Part shown: positions 1 through 11,649 of the stretch, piece by piece
How the letters are laid out: each line of letters opens with the position of its first letter
How positions within the stretch are numbered: position 1 is the first letter of the stretch
Source: Pseudogymnoascus verrucosus
Taxonomy: Eukaryota
Length of the DNA stretch: 64,000 nucleotides
Direction: 5' to 3' (one strand)
Assembly (NCBI GenBank): GCA_001662655.1
Contig: KV460211.1
Position numbers and translations under genes: made by a program
The notes under the pieces: generated by a model
The model's input: the letters and a program-made list of their open reading frames with translations, nothing else
Told to the model about the DNA's origin: nothing
The model's database searches: none

Positions 1-154
1 AAGGGTGGAAGACAGAAGAGGGTGGCATTTCAAGGCGTTGGGATGTGGTATTATCTTTGTACACTATACATTTTGGGGACTGCAAAATGATGAAGCTCGC
101 AAGATTGTTTCAACCTTGTTATAGCAGAAATGGATGATAGTGCCCGCTTGCAAA

Positions 155-2194
155 TTATTCTTCATCCTCATGAGCCGTTCCTGATACCGAGTCATTCTGA
201 GTCTCCCCTGAGAGCCTGTGACTTGATTGTTCCGACTCTGAGGGTAGAGGGACCACGGGCGGTTTGTAGTAAGGTTGCTCGCCATCTTCCGCATCCAACT
301 GTACCAAGAATGTTTCCCATAGTTCGATGAGCTAGAATAGATGTTAGTAAACTGTTTCAGTCACCAGTGGGGGAGGTTAAATATACCTCTTTCTGAGCCT
401 CGACAGCGCTCTCTAGGAATGTCTCCACACCACTCTTGAAATCCTCCACCTTCTCCCGCTCAAATCTCTCCAGCTCAGCTCTTAACAGTCGTCCCATGTC
501 TTCGAATAGCAAACGTGCCTGGTGAACCTTTCTCTCTCCGTCGGCAACATCTGCGTTTAACTGGACCAAACGGTCTTGCTGAGTCTTGCCTTGGCGCAGA
601 AGCTTGTCCTGTGTCGCCTTGCGCTTCTGCATTTCCATATCTGCAGATTGCCATGAATGGAATGCCTTTTGCCTTTGCTCAAATGCCGTTTTGATACTCC
701 CAATCAAGCGAATGTATTCATCAATGGTGATGCCAAGGGTCAACACATCGTGTTGTGCCTGTCGTTCATAGAGTTCTTTGATACGGATCTGGAGGGAGGA
801 TAATCCAGCTAATGGGCCTGACAGAGTGGGGGACAGTTCAACGGCGGAAAGGGCTTGCAGCGATCCAGAGAAATCACTTGCGGCTTCGGCCAACCCCTTC
901 CGTTGGTCCACCACTGTGTCCATTGATTTCAGAAGAGCCTTCAGTTGGTTTTCAAGAGCATCGAGATAGACCTTTCTATCATGGAACCACTGCGCTTGTT
1001 AGCATATTGCATACCATCGGAGCCATTACTACAACTTACATCGTCTTGTTCCACGAATTTGCTTCCACTACCCACCGATAGTCCCAGTCCGGCGAACATA
1101 CCCTTGCTCTCTCCCAACACAGGCTCCTTGCGCTCCTTGTGCTTAACATCCATACTGAATGCCTCGCTCTCTAGGAATATCTTCAAGTCGCCGTCATGTT
1201 GTAGCGTCGGATGGGCCGCGGTCTTGTTGAGCATTTTCTCCAATGCCATGCGCCTTGATTCCACGAAATTGGTATCAAACCTTCCCATAGCTTGCTTCTC
1301 AGGTGGTGGAGGAACGACCACTCCGGGGTTGTTTGTATGCAGTGTATTGTACAGCCATAGGAAGTCCTTATATCTACGAGTCACCGAGAACTCCGGTTGC
1401 CTGTAGCCTATAGAAGTAGTCTATCATGATTGTCAGTTCCGTCCAATGATTAACCGCAGCCTGATCATACCTTAGTCCGAACTTGATATACAATATGAGA
1501 GCTTGTGAGGTCTCCAACTTTGTGTGGGTCGCCGACCGTGATATCGAATGTCGGCTTTGCTGCCTGTTCTATGCTCACACTTGGCTGGACATCGCGACGC
1601 GCAGAGCCAGGCTGGGCCGGTTGAACTGGCGGTGGTATCCTAGCCTTTCCGGAAGATTGCGCCTCGTCATCGTAGTTCGGATCCATGACATCTCGAACCC
1701 TCTGTGCAGTGTCGGGCTGCCTGGTGTTGAGGGTAACCGTCTGCTCCTTCATAGGCGGTGCCGGAGGCTGCTCCGAAGGAGACGTAGCCTGCACTCCATT
1801 ATCGCCCAGTGGTCCTAATGGCCCCAAGGGCCCCAATGAGTCGTCGAGGGGTTCGAGTCGAGTGGTTTGCGCGGCAACACGGCGAATGGGCCCTCTTGAT
1901 CGGCCGCCTGGCGACTTCACGTTCGAGGTTGCGGATGATTCGGATAATTGCGCAGCCGCAGTCTTAGATGGAGCATCTATAAATCCATGAGCATGTCGCG
2001 ACCAGGATTGGGTAGGAAAGAGGGCATACCTGATTGCCCCGCGTTGAATGAATCGTCTTCACCAGTCTTGGGCTTATTGGCGCCTGTCTGGGATTGGGTT
2101 GGGACATCTGTGGCAAATTAGAGACCGTGGCAGCTTAACATTCTCTAGAAGACATACCGCCCCATGGCGAGGATCCCCCGTCTTCAAGATCCAT
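155..2194 (-). CDS. VPS5: Retromer sorting nexin Vps5/SNX1 (PX + BAR domains), multi-exon
   Basis: ORF pieces 1465..1920 (TFDITVGDPHKVGDLTSSHIVYQVRTK), 941..1384 (RRYKDFLWLY...VVVPPPPEKQ, PX) and 357..923 (BAR C-terminus FEREKVEDFKSGVETFLESAVEAQKE). Start MDLEDGGSSPW at 2194; last exon LIELWETFL... ends TAA at 155-157. Confidence 0.93.
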
Positions 2195-2797
2195 TGTGTA
2201 TAGTTGGTTGAAGAGGTGGAAGAATGCAGTTGAACTCTCAGGTGTGGAGCTTGGCTCCTCCGGCAGGGTCACATACGTACGTGAGGCAGCGGCCGCTGCC
2301 AAGATAAGCGTCACCCATCGAGGTACCTCTCAAAAAGCCAATCAGACAACAATTACAACAAAAGCACAAAAATGTTACAACCAATGCCCTGGGTTTATAT
2401 TTTTTGGTATTTTCATTCATTTATATTTAGAATTATAGAGCCCTTGTTTGCATAATTTTACATTATCAAGTAACTCTCAATATAATGACGATGTATTTCT
2501 TTAATATTCACCTGTGAATATTATTACCACTCAAGATATTTGAGCAATTGCACTATAAATCAAGCTACCTCATAAACCGAGCTGCTCTTGTTTATGCTCC
2601 TTATATTCTCTCGATGCCATGCAATAATACATATCAGCCCCTTGCTTATCGTCGCCTTCCTGTGAGTTTGCCAGCATGATGGGAGCAGCAATTAAACCTC
2701 GAATGCCAAGGTATATGCTTGCACGAGACCGATTTTCGTGGGTATAAAAGACCATATTTGTATTCAGACAACCAATTATATGGCATTCTTTCCGTGA

Positions 2798-3396
2798 TCA
2801 TGAAGTGTCCATAGCATCGCCGTTGGATTCCCCACGGCCTTCCGTTCCCCCTCCGTTCTGACCAGGCAGAGAACCACCGGACTTTTTGGCTTCTAAACCG
2901 TCCAAAAAAATCCGTGCCTTCTCCCAAAGCTCTGCCTCCATGTCCCTCCCAACCTTGTTGCTTCGAGTGTTGAGCCATCCAACATCTACCGCGCCATTCT
3001 TGGTTTCCGGTGCTTGCTTTCCCTTATCGCCCTCCTCTTCAGTCTCCGGTTCTGCTTTTATTACACCCGCATCATCGAGCCCCTTGATTTGGCGCTTAAG
3101 GCGAACGTCGACAGAATGTAGGTCTTTGAGATATGTGTCTGTTGCGGCCGTAAATGCTTCTCGGCGACTGGCAGAGGTTGTTTCGGACGGTGAATTGATG
3201 GACGTTAGAGTCTTGACTGCCAGGCCGGCAGATTCAAGAAGTTTTGTAATGCTCTAAAGCGCCATTAGAACTATCCTTCAAGTGCTGAAAGACATCAGGG
3301 TAGGCTAACCTGGTCAATTTCATTGAGTTGTTTGATGCGCTCTGCCTTCGTGAGGTGTTTGGAAGAGATTGGCTGTTTGTCAAGCTCGGAGGACAT
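2798..3396 (-). CDS. MED11: Mediator head subunit Med11 (2 exons; missed by ORF track)
   Basis: Manual translation: exon 1 MSSELDKQPISSKHLTKAERIKQLNEIDQ|gttagc; exon 2 after ctttag reads SITKLLESAGLAVKTL...LHSVDVRLKRQIKGLDDAG...VDVGWLNTRSNKVGRDMEAELWEKARIFL...DAMDTS*. These motifs are typical of fungal Med11. Confidence 0.85.
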
Positions 3397-3761
3397 TGTG
3401 AATTTGAATTATTGATTAATAAATCCAATGACTTGCGATTATTGTAAAGGTTGAATTTGAGGAAACTGGGAGGTCTTTGAGCTGGCTGTTTATTGCGGGT
3501 TGGGTTGTAGCTTCTCCACGTTTAAGAAATGAGGCTCGGCGGATAGCTGCAGTAGCGCCATGTTTTCAAGGCGAAACTGGCGATTATGGGCAAGCCGTCA
3601 AGACACAAGTTCTCGACATATTACCATCTTTATTCATTTAGGGTCCATCAACGTTCTTAATTTGAATATTTTTGATGGTATGATGGGACATGGGACGTCT
3701 TCGACATAATCGCCCTATCGAGGAAGATACAGCGACGCGTCGCAAGTAATTAGCCATCGAT

Positions 3762-6700
3762 ATGTCAAACCATCCATCGCAAACCCCCGGCTCTGGGCCA
3801 CCGAGTGGCAGTATGGGGATGCCACCAGGACAGCAACAGCCGCCCGGCCCTCCGCCTGTACAAAATATGTCCCAGCAAAACTTGAATCAAATTGTGAGTT
3901 CAAACTTCCTTATTCCCATGCCACCTTAGCTAGAGGACTGGAAGCTTCCCAAGAAGACATACTGCATCATTGCAGGGCATCAAGCGATTAGCCTCAACTG
4001 GTCTACTGTGTGCCTTTTAAAAGAATTGCTATTGATGGCCATCTGCACGTGATACTCCTTTTGTTTTGCATCTCTGGCCAGCACAGCCTCCTACACACGA
4101 GTATAGCTTGCGGATGGTTGGGGCTTGATAATGGGCGATGAGGCCACATGAAGCCGCATAAGTGACCATAAGTGTTGGTTATATGCCTTACAATCTGCCA
4201 AAGTGGCATCCTAATTCACTTCCTACGGATTTACAAGAGACAAGAAGTAGAAGTCTTGAGTGGGAATCGATGGCGACAGCATCAGAGCCAAGTGGCGAAC
4301 GTACGGGCAGAGACGTATGTGTAATAGATTCATTTCTATTTCATTCTGGGGACACTGTCATAAATGAGCATGTTTGCAACTTAGCAGATATCACCTGCAA
4401 AATGCAAAACCTTCATTGTGTCTAGCTGAAGCGGTGATTCCTTTTGTCTATTCTTAAGCACATATGTGCTGTCTAGTTAAAGCTAGCGAAGGAGAATAAT
4501 GGGGTAGCTCTAGGCGAGTGAATTTAAGGTCTTGTAGCCTTTATATTCTCTCGTCAGTGGCGTCATGCCTCCCCTCAAAGTGAGATGAGGTTGTTCGCCA
4601 GGGGGGACCTCTAGGGAGGGCGAAAATCAAAAGTTCACATCGTTGAATTAGTATATACGCGACCCCAAAAGTTTGGGTGTGATAAGTGCTACTATTACAT
4701 CCTGCTCTTTCAATGCAAGCGCTAGATTGACCCCCACGTCCCATCCTCCGGGAACCCCCAGGAGAGAGCTACTGCTGCATCACTTCCTCCTCCAAAGACA
4801 AGAGCTACTGCTATATCACACTTCTCTGAATACAAAAGCTACTGCATATCACACTTCTATCAACGTCGTTTCTATACTTCTACCAACTCTACAATCATGG
4901 GCTTTGGAAGAGGAAAAAGGAAGCCTGCTCCAAGTGGCGCGGCTCCCACTGTCAGACTTCACGTTGGCAACCTTTCGCAAGCTGGGAGAGCCCCATCCAA
5001 CCTTTCACAAGGTGGACGAGCCCAGTTCAACCTTTCGCAAGCTGGACGAAGCCAATCCAGCATTTCATCAAGGCCAGCGGCTTCCGCCAATACTAGTGGC
5101 CAACCATCCGTCAAACCGAAGAATCCTGTAACTGATGCAAACTCCTCGCAGGTAATTGAGTACCTAATGAAAAAGGGCTATTTGAGGACGGAGCAGGTTC
5201 TTAGACAAGAATCAGCCCAAGTCGACAAGGATGGCCGTCCCATTTTTGGCCGAGACGAGTATGGAAATGAAAAATATATACGAGGGTTTGAGCTGTTGAG
5301 CTCGTGGATTGATTCGAATCTTGACATATACAAGGTTGGTCAATCATAGCACGTCGCTGGGCGGCCCTGACATTTCTAGTTCGAACTCAACCGTCTCCTA
5401 TGGCCAGTTTACGTCTATTCATTCATTGAACTTATTACCGACATGTTCACTGAAGACGCAAAGAAGTTCCTTCAGCAATTCCGGCAGCGATTTGAAAAGA
5501 ATCACGCAGATGAACTTCGCATTTTTGAAACGATCTCGCTCAAATCTCACGTCTTCGAAAACCCCGTGGCGAAGCTTTACAGAGAGAACAAATATCGCAT
5601 TCCACTGAACGCCCACGTGAACTTCAACCTAATCAGCTTCTTGGAGGGGCAAGGCAAGAAGGGCGGAAGCATTGTTCTCAACATCCTACAGACATACTGC
5701 CAAGTGGTCGAAACGTCTCGTGGGCCAATTGATCAATACAGCTTTGAGGCTATTGTCAACCGTGCTCGTGGTGGTGGGGTGGATGAAGTTGTGGATCTTC
5801 AGGAAGGAATTCCGGGAGGCTTTACTGGAGTCAGCAACCAAGATCTCGCGAATAATGATGCCCCTGTCCGACTGGGCCCGCTCCAGACGGAGACAGAGCT
5901 GACAGACGATGTGCGAGCTGAACTTCTTGAGGCCGATACCAAGAACCCTCCTGCACCAGGCCAGCAATCGTTGGTCGAAGCCTATGAGCAGAAGATCAAG
6001 AGGGAAGAAAGCGCCGATGCCATTCTCCGGACTGAAATACCCCTTCCGCCGTCGAAGGCTCGCGATGTGGTTATGGAAGTTCAAAAGATGAAAGAAAGCA
6101 GGGATCGCTTCAAGATTGAAGGCCGTACAGGGGGTGTTGGCCCGGCTGTTTCTGTCTGCATGTTCACTTTCCATAACACGCTTGATACGTAAGTTCATCT
6201 TAGAAGTCACATATACATTGACTGACTTATTCTAGCATAACCTGCATGGAATTCTCGGATGACAACAATCTTGTGGCGATAGGCACAGAGGAATCATATA
6301 TTAGAGTCTGGAACATGCACGGGGAAGCACTGAAGTCGACACTTTCAGGAGGACCAAGCGACGCACCACCTTCGAATTCTCGTCGTCTCATTGGCCATTC
6401 CGCCTCTGTATACAGCGTCTCCTTCTCTCCTTCTATTGCCGGTCCCGAGGGTCCATCCAGCGCAGTGCCTTCCACCGGATCCAACCTTCTCCTTTCCTGT
6501 TCATCGGATAAGTCAATCAGGCTTTGGTCTCTTGATGCTTGGACGTGTCTTGTTGTGTACAAAGGCCACGAAGGCCCAGTCTGGAATGTCCGCTGGGGTC
6601 CATTTGGACATTACTTTGTGAGCTGCGGTTGGGACAAGACTGTCCGAGTCTGGACTCAAGACCACATCTCGTACGTCCGCATGTTGGTCGGCCATGACTC

Positions 6701-7337
6701 CAGCGTCAACCAAATCGCTTGGCACCCGAACAACGCATACGTCTTTTCTGCGTCGGACCAAGTTGACAAGACGGTCCGCATGTGGTCTGTAGTGACTGGC
6801 CAATGCGTCCGCATATTCAACGGACACACCGACTTCATATCCGCACTCGAGTGCTCTCCAAGCGGGAAGATCCTTGCTTCTGCTGATGGCGGCGGCTCTA
6901 TCATTCTCTGGGACCTTGCAAAGGGCACGCAAATCAAGCGCTGCCGTGGCCACGGCAAGGGCGGTATTTGGTCGCTGTCTTTCAGTGCGGAGAGCACCGT
7001 GCTCACCTCTGGTGGTGCTGATGGCACAGTTCGAATTTGGGATGTCGAAGTCCCGTCTGATCCATACAAGGGTATCGATGGCGACGTGATCGGGTCAAGC
7101 AACCAGCCAGATGCCACTCGCATCACTGCCAACGGGACTGCCGGTGCGCAGAGTGTGGCTCCTGCAGGTGGAAGCAGTGGGCCTATGACGGGTGTTACGA
7201 CGGGCAAGAAGAAGGGGAAGGATATGGTTATCACACCGGACCAGATCAGCGCGTTCCCGACAAAGAAGAGCCCTGTTTACAAGGTCAAGTTCACGAGGAT
7301 GAATCTCGCTGTTGCTGGAGGGTGCTACTTGCCTTAG
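3762..7337 (+). CDS. TAF5: TFIID/SAGA subunit Taf5 (LisH, NTD2, WD40); exons approx. 3762-3893, 5152-5334, 5380-6188, ~6236-7337
   Basis: Exon 1 MSNHPSQ...MSQQNLNQI|gtgagt joins in phase to cag|[21 protein letters not shown] (LisH). Then [22 protein letters not shown]40 repeats ([18 protein letters not shown]) and the C-terminus [19 protein letters not shown]. Confidence 0.93.
4761..4860 (+). repeat. Three imperfect ~37 bp tandem copies (core AGCTACTGC...ATCAC..TTC) in TAF5 intron 1
   Basis: agagctactgctgcatcacttc / agagctactgctatatcacacttc / aaagctactgcatatcacacttc. Confidence 0.75.
4968..5058 (+). repeat. Three 30 bp tandem copies (CAACCTTTCrCAAGsTGG...), translating [10 protein letters not shown] / [10 protein letters not shown] / [10 protein letters not shown]
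   Basis: Visible in the sequence and in ORF 4897..5349. Confidence 0.8.
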
Positions 7338-7838
7338 ATGAGAAGTTTGCGTTGGTGGTGGAAATTATTCGGAGTTGGGGATGTGATATTTAGCTGGAGG
7401 TGGCAGGCAACAGGCATCAGAATGATCGTTTTGTGTTGAGTTCGTTTTATGCCCATAGCAAATTGCAAGGCTGTTTAATGCTAGAATGGCTGTTAGGATC
7501 GGAAAGAATGAAATCTCTTTGAAGTATTATTATTATTGCTGTCTCAGCAATGCATCGTAAACAACTGGCCGGTGTATTTAAGAACGCAATTATTTGAACA
7601 ATCTTCTGACCCAGCAGATTTATACCAATAAAACTTGCAACCCTGATGCATTCGGAGCATAGGGCGCCTCTCTCGAAATCTATGCCTCGAGTGGTAAATC
7701 CAAGACTCCACCTTTACATTATTCGTCATAAATATATACCACCCACCCGAAGTTCAAACTCGTGTCTAAGAAATTATACGTATGGGTATCCGTATCTATA
7801 CCCCATCATGATTCCAGCGTCGAGAGTCGTTACAAACC

Positions 7839-8658
7839 TTACTCGCTCTTTCCGTTGTCATTTGCAGATCCAGCTGCCATGGCCAGGCCCTCGAAGATCT
7901 CACTTCCCATAACGTACGATATGTAAGTCGGAAGGACGAGCCAAGCGCCGCTTCTTGATGTCAGTAATGCGCATGAAAGTTCGACCTAAGAGGTTGCTCA
8001 CTTGGGAATGATCCAGAGCAGAATCAAGTCTGGCAAGGTGTTGTGGCCGATGTTCTCGAAGCCGGAGTAGTATTCATTAAGCCCTGGAAATATGTCAGTC
8101 AATGCATGCTAAGCATAGAACGGGTCACTTACAATACAGCATCGTCTTGGCCAAGGTAAGGATCGCCGAGCTATAACCCACAAGGGCAGCGCATGCAGCT
8201 TTCTCTCCAGTCAATGTCCTCTGCTGTCCCAACCATCCCGCGTTCTTGGGCGCACCGCGGCCGTGCGCCACTGACTGCTTTCCAAAGTTCAAGATGAGCC
8301 AGAGGTAGGTGAAGTACCCGGCAGTCTCAATCAGGTTCATGACAGTCTGCGCAGCAGTAAAGCCGTTCTTCTCATTATACGCCTTCCAACCATAAATATA
8401 GTCCGTCTTGCCATATAGCTCGTACGGCACCCAAAGCGGCCAGTGATACTTCCCGCCCGGCATGGAGTGCGGGCGAAGAAGGACATAACCAGCGTCCCAG
8501 AGGACGAGCGGTAGAGAAATGGCGAGCCAGACTAAGACGAGGTTCGATGGGGTATGCGCCCACGCAGCTTTGGCTTTGCGCGTTGTGCGCGGTGAGGCTT
8601 TCACTGGACTGAGATCAGGCTCAGGGAAGTCCTTGGGGTGTTGGCGCGTGGAGACCAT
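7839..8658 (-). CDS. Conserved fungal multi-pass membrane protein (EXPERA/emopamil-binding-like), 3 exons
   Basis: ORF 8125..8658 (LVLWDAGYVLLRPHSMPGGKYHWPLWVPYELYG...NGFTAAQ...LAKTMLY) continues through exons LNEYYSGFENIGHN...LWIIPN and GAWLVLP...KSE* (stop 7839-7841). Family assignment is from motif memory. Confidence 0.75.
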
Positions 8659-9148
8659 GATGAGTTATTGGCAAAGTTATAATTATTATAGGACTATGGC
8701 AGTGTTGATATACTGATGATGGTCATTAAGTCGTATTGAGATGAGAAGTAAACAAGAGACGGAGGAATTGTGCGGGGGATGTGGCATTTACCCTTCAAAC
8801 GCGCTCCAGTCGCATCTCTCAGATGGCCACCCAGTGGTCGTGTGAAGGTTGCTAACCCCTGCACCAATACTGGCAGATCAGTCCACAACTCCCTCATAAC
8901 CTTCCCCAGTCCCCCGGCCGGCCTCGGTAAAAGAGTAGCTCCGTTGCGGCAAGCACAGACGGACAGGTCCCCAGGCACAACGTCATCGTCGCCGCTGAAG
9001 ACAACCAATTTCAAGATCCATTAACTGCCTTGCGCGTCTCCACTGTGGCAATCTGTCCTTCGGCGCATACTATCTCCAGAACATCTATGGAACCAAGCGG
9101 CCTCGTCTTTTTTATTTAAGCTATTTTATATATGTTATAACCCTCGCA

Positions 9149-10288
9149 ATGGCTGATGTAACTCCTCGGCGGTCAACTCGCCTGCAAGGCAAATCTACAC
9201 TTTCACGTTCAACGTCCAGCACAAGTGGCAACTCCTCAGCAGACCCAACGCCGCCGGGCTCGAGCTCATCGGACACCCCAATGCCGTCAACAAGCACAGA
9301 GTCCTACCCAATGGCAACATCCAAAGACTCGCCATACCTTCCCACATACGCAGAGTCGATCCTGCTCCTCGTGTACCCGACAACCCTCCTCCTCGGCTCT
9401 ATATTTGGTCTCCTCGACCCCGCCACCCGTGCCTCTCCTTACATTGAAACGCACCAGTCCCACGACCAGGACCTAGCACCCTCATACTTTGCGAAGAAGA
9501 GCAACCTCGTCAACATCCTCTTCGTTAAGAGGGGCTGGTTCTGGGTGACGATGTCATACTTTCTCTTCCTCTTCACAAACGCCGCGATAGGGGCGCGAGG
9601 AAGCGACGCGCTGTTGAGGAAGAGGATACAGGGGACGTTGAGGTGGGGCATAGTGACCCTCTGGTGGGTGTGCGTGACGCAGTGGTTTTTCGGGCCGGCG
9701 ATCATCGATAGGGGGTTTTTACTCACCGGCGGCGCGTGTGAGTTGAAGGATAGAATTGAAAGTGGCGATACGGAGGCAGATATCACGGAGAGATTTTTCA
9801 CTTCTATGGCCTGTAAAGCGCATGGCGGAAAATGGAGCGGGGGGCATGATATAAGTGGGCACGTATTTTTGTTGGTCTTGGGGAGCATGTTCTTGTTCCA
9901 AGAGGTTCTGCATGTGGCGTTGAGAGCTGCGAGGGGTAGAGAGGAGCGTGTGGTGCTTCTTCAGAACGGGGAAATCAAGGGCGCTGATAGTGAATCGGGG
10001 GCTGAGAGGGCGGATACGCAGAATGTCATTACTGCGAGCCCGTGGGATTTCGGGGTAAAGATCGCGCTGGGAGTTGGGGCGCTGAGTATATGGATGCTGC
10101 TCATGACAGCAGCATACTTCCACACTTGGTTTGAAAAGGCACGTATTATCATATCTTTCCGAAGACAACATGCTAACTCTTCACAGCTTACCGGGCTTGT
10201 AGTCGCCTTCTCTGGCGTCTTTGTAGTGTACTTTCTGCCACGATTTGTACCATCATGGCGAGCCATCATAGGCATGCCAGGCGTATAG
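9149..10288 (+). CDS. SCS3: Scs3/FIT-family ER acyl-CoA diphosphatase (fat storage-inducing transmembrane); probable GC-AG intron 10139-10186
   Basis: Motifs YFAKKSNLVNILFVKRGWFW, TQWFFGPAIIDR, WSGGHDISGHVFLL, TAAYFHTWFEK. Confidence 0.92.
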   Translation: MADVTPRRSTRLQGKSTLSRSTSSTSGNSSADPTPPGSSSSDTPMPSTSTESYPMATSKDSPYLPTYAESILLLVYPTTLLLGSIFGLLDPATRASPYIETHQSHDQDLAPSYFAKKSNLVNILFVKRGWFWVTMSYFLFLFTNAAIGARGSDALLRKRIQGTLRWGIVTLWWVCVTQWFFGPAIIDRGFLLTGGACELKDRIESGDTEADITERFFTSMACKAHGGKWSGGHDISGHVFLLVLGSMFLFQEVLHVALRAARGREERVVLLQNGEIKGADSESGAERADTQNVITASPWDFGVKIALGVGALSIWMLLMTAAYFHTWFEKARIIISFRRQHANSSQLTGLVVAFSGVFVVYFLPRFVPSWRAIIGMPGV

Positions 10289-10481
10289 TTTATGTATAAT
10301 ATGATTTAATTTCAATTCGCTGAAAACATATGTATATGAACAATGGCCCTGTCCACCAACCCGTCCTTCAAACATCGGCGCTGTTGAGATCCACCCACAT
10401 TACCGTAGCACTTCGTCCATCGAGGAACAAACTGTGCCCTATCTTGACATCGCAACAAGTACGCAAACCATAAAAGACTGA

Positions 10482-11294
10482 TCAACACGCACAAGCATCT
10501 TTCGTCGCTCCATCCCTCGGCCCCGCCAAATTCACCCTCGACTCCTCAGTCCTTGCTGCAGCCGCCGATGCACCCGGGCCCCTCGCACCCTTCAAGCTTG
10601 TCTCTGGAATCGCGTTTGCAATAGCTGTGAAAACCTCCGTGACATTCGTGCCCAACTTCGCACTAGTCTCAAAGAAGAGCAGGCCCTCCTCATCGGCATA
10701 ACTCCTGGCCTCTGCTGTGCTTATTTTCCTCGAATCGCCTTCGTTGTCGTCCTCCTCCTCGCCGTCGTCGTTGCGGCTCTCCTCGCCAGCTTCGTTTGTT
10801 AAGTCCAGCTTGTTGCCGACAAGGGCGATGATGATCCCTGGCGACGCTTGCCGTTGGAGCTCTGCGACCCAGTGCTTGGCTTTGATGAGGGAAGTTGGCT
10901 TGGTGAGATCATAGACGACGAGCGCGGATTGTGCGTTGCGGTAGTACATAGGTGCGAGGGAGGCGAATCGTTCTTGTCCTGCCGTATCCCAGATCTCGAA
11001 TTTGATAGTGCGGCTAGGGAGGTTGCATTTTTGGGTTAAGAAAGCGGCTGCCGGTTGTCAGTTCTGGGACATAGATGCTGCAGGTAGAGGCTACGAACCG
11101 CCGATGGTTGGCTCCTTGTTTTCTTGGAAGTCATTGTTCACGAACCGGAGGACGAGGGACGACTGCAACATGTTAGCGGGCTTCCGTGGCGGGCGGCTGT
11201 GGACTGTCCATACCTTCCCAACTGCAGCTTCGCCCAGGAGAACCAGCTTTACGCTGCTGCTGGGCTTTGGTGTTCCACTTGTGCTATCGGCCAT
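10482..11294 (-). CDS. VPS21: Rab5-family GTPase Vps21/Ypt51, 3 exons
   Basis: [42 protein letters not shown]...[21 protein letters not shown]...GNKLD...ETSAK; C-terminal CAC prenylation motif. Confidence 0.93.
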
Positions 11295-11649
11295 TGTAAG
11301 TTTCGCTCTGGCGTCGGGCGTATGTTAAGGGTTTTAAATCGATCAGTTGTGCCACATAGGCTGTTGGCTGTTCAGGGCAGTTGTCAGTATTTATAGCTGT
11401 TTGCGACGTAGTCAGAGTATAAGGTAGAAGTTTTCTGATTCAGGTGCCTAAGATGTTGGAATGCTCATGTTCCTGCCTGTGGACCTTGACGGCTTCGTAT
11501 GACGAAAGGCCCTGCATACAGTTTAGCGCAATCGCGGAGAAACATCGTTCCTGACTCCGAAATATTTTCTGTATCGCGGACCCCGATTATGAGAAAACTG
11601 AGCAGGGACTTCTTTCTAAGTTCATACGCGCTGATTCACCACCGTCACA

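Noticed and set aside
2886..3257. 123-aa plus-strand ORF
   Set aside because: Antisense to MED11 exon 2
3894..4890. Intronic snoRNA in the long TAF5 intron
   Set aside because: No convincing box C/D pair or H/ACA architecture seen by eye; an Rfam/Infernal search would be needed
4897..5151. ATG 4897 as the sole TAF5 start
   Set aside because: The NLNQI half of the LisH motif is encoded at the end of exon 3762-3893 with a perfect donor; 4897 is retained only as a candidate alternative start
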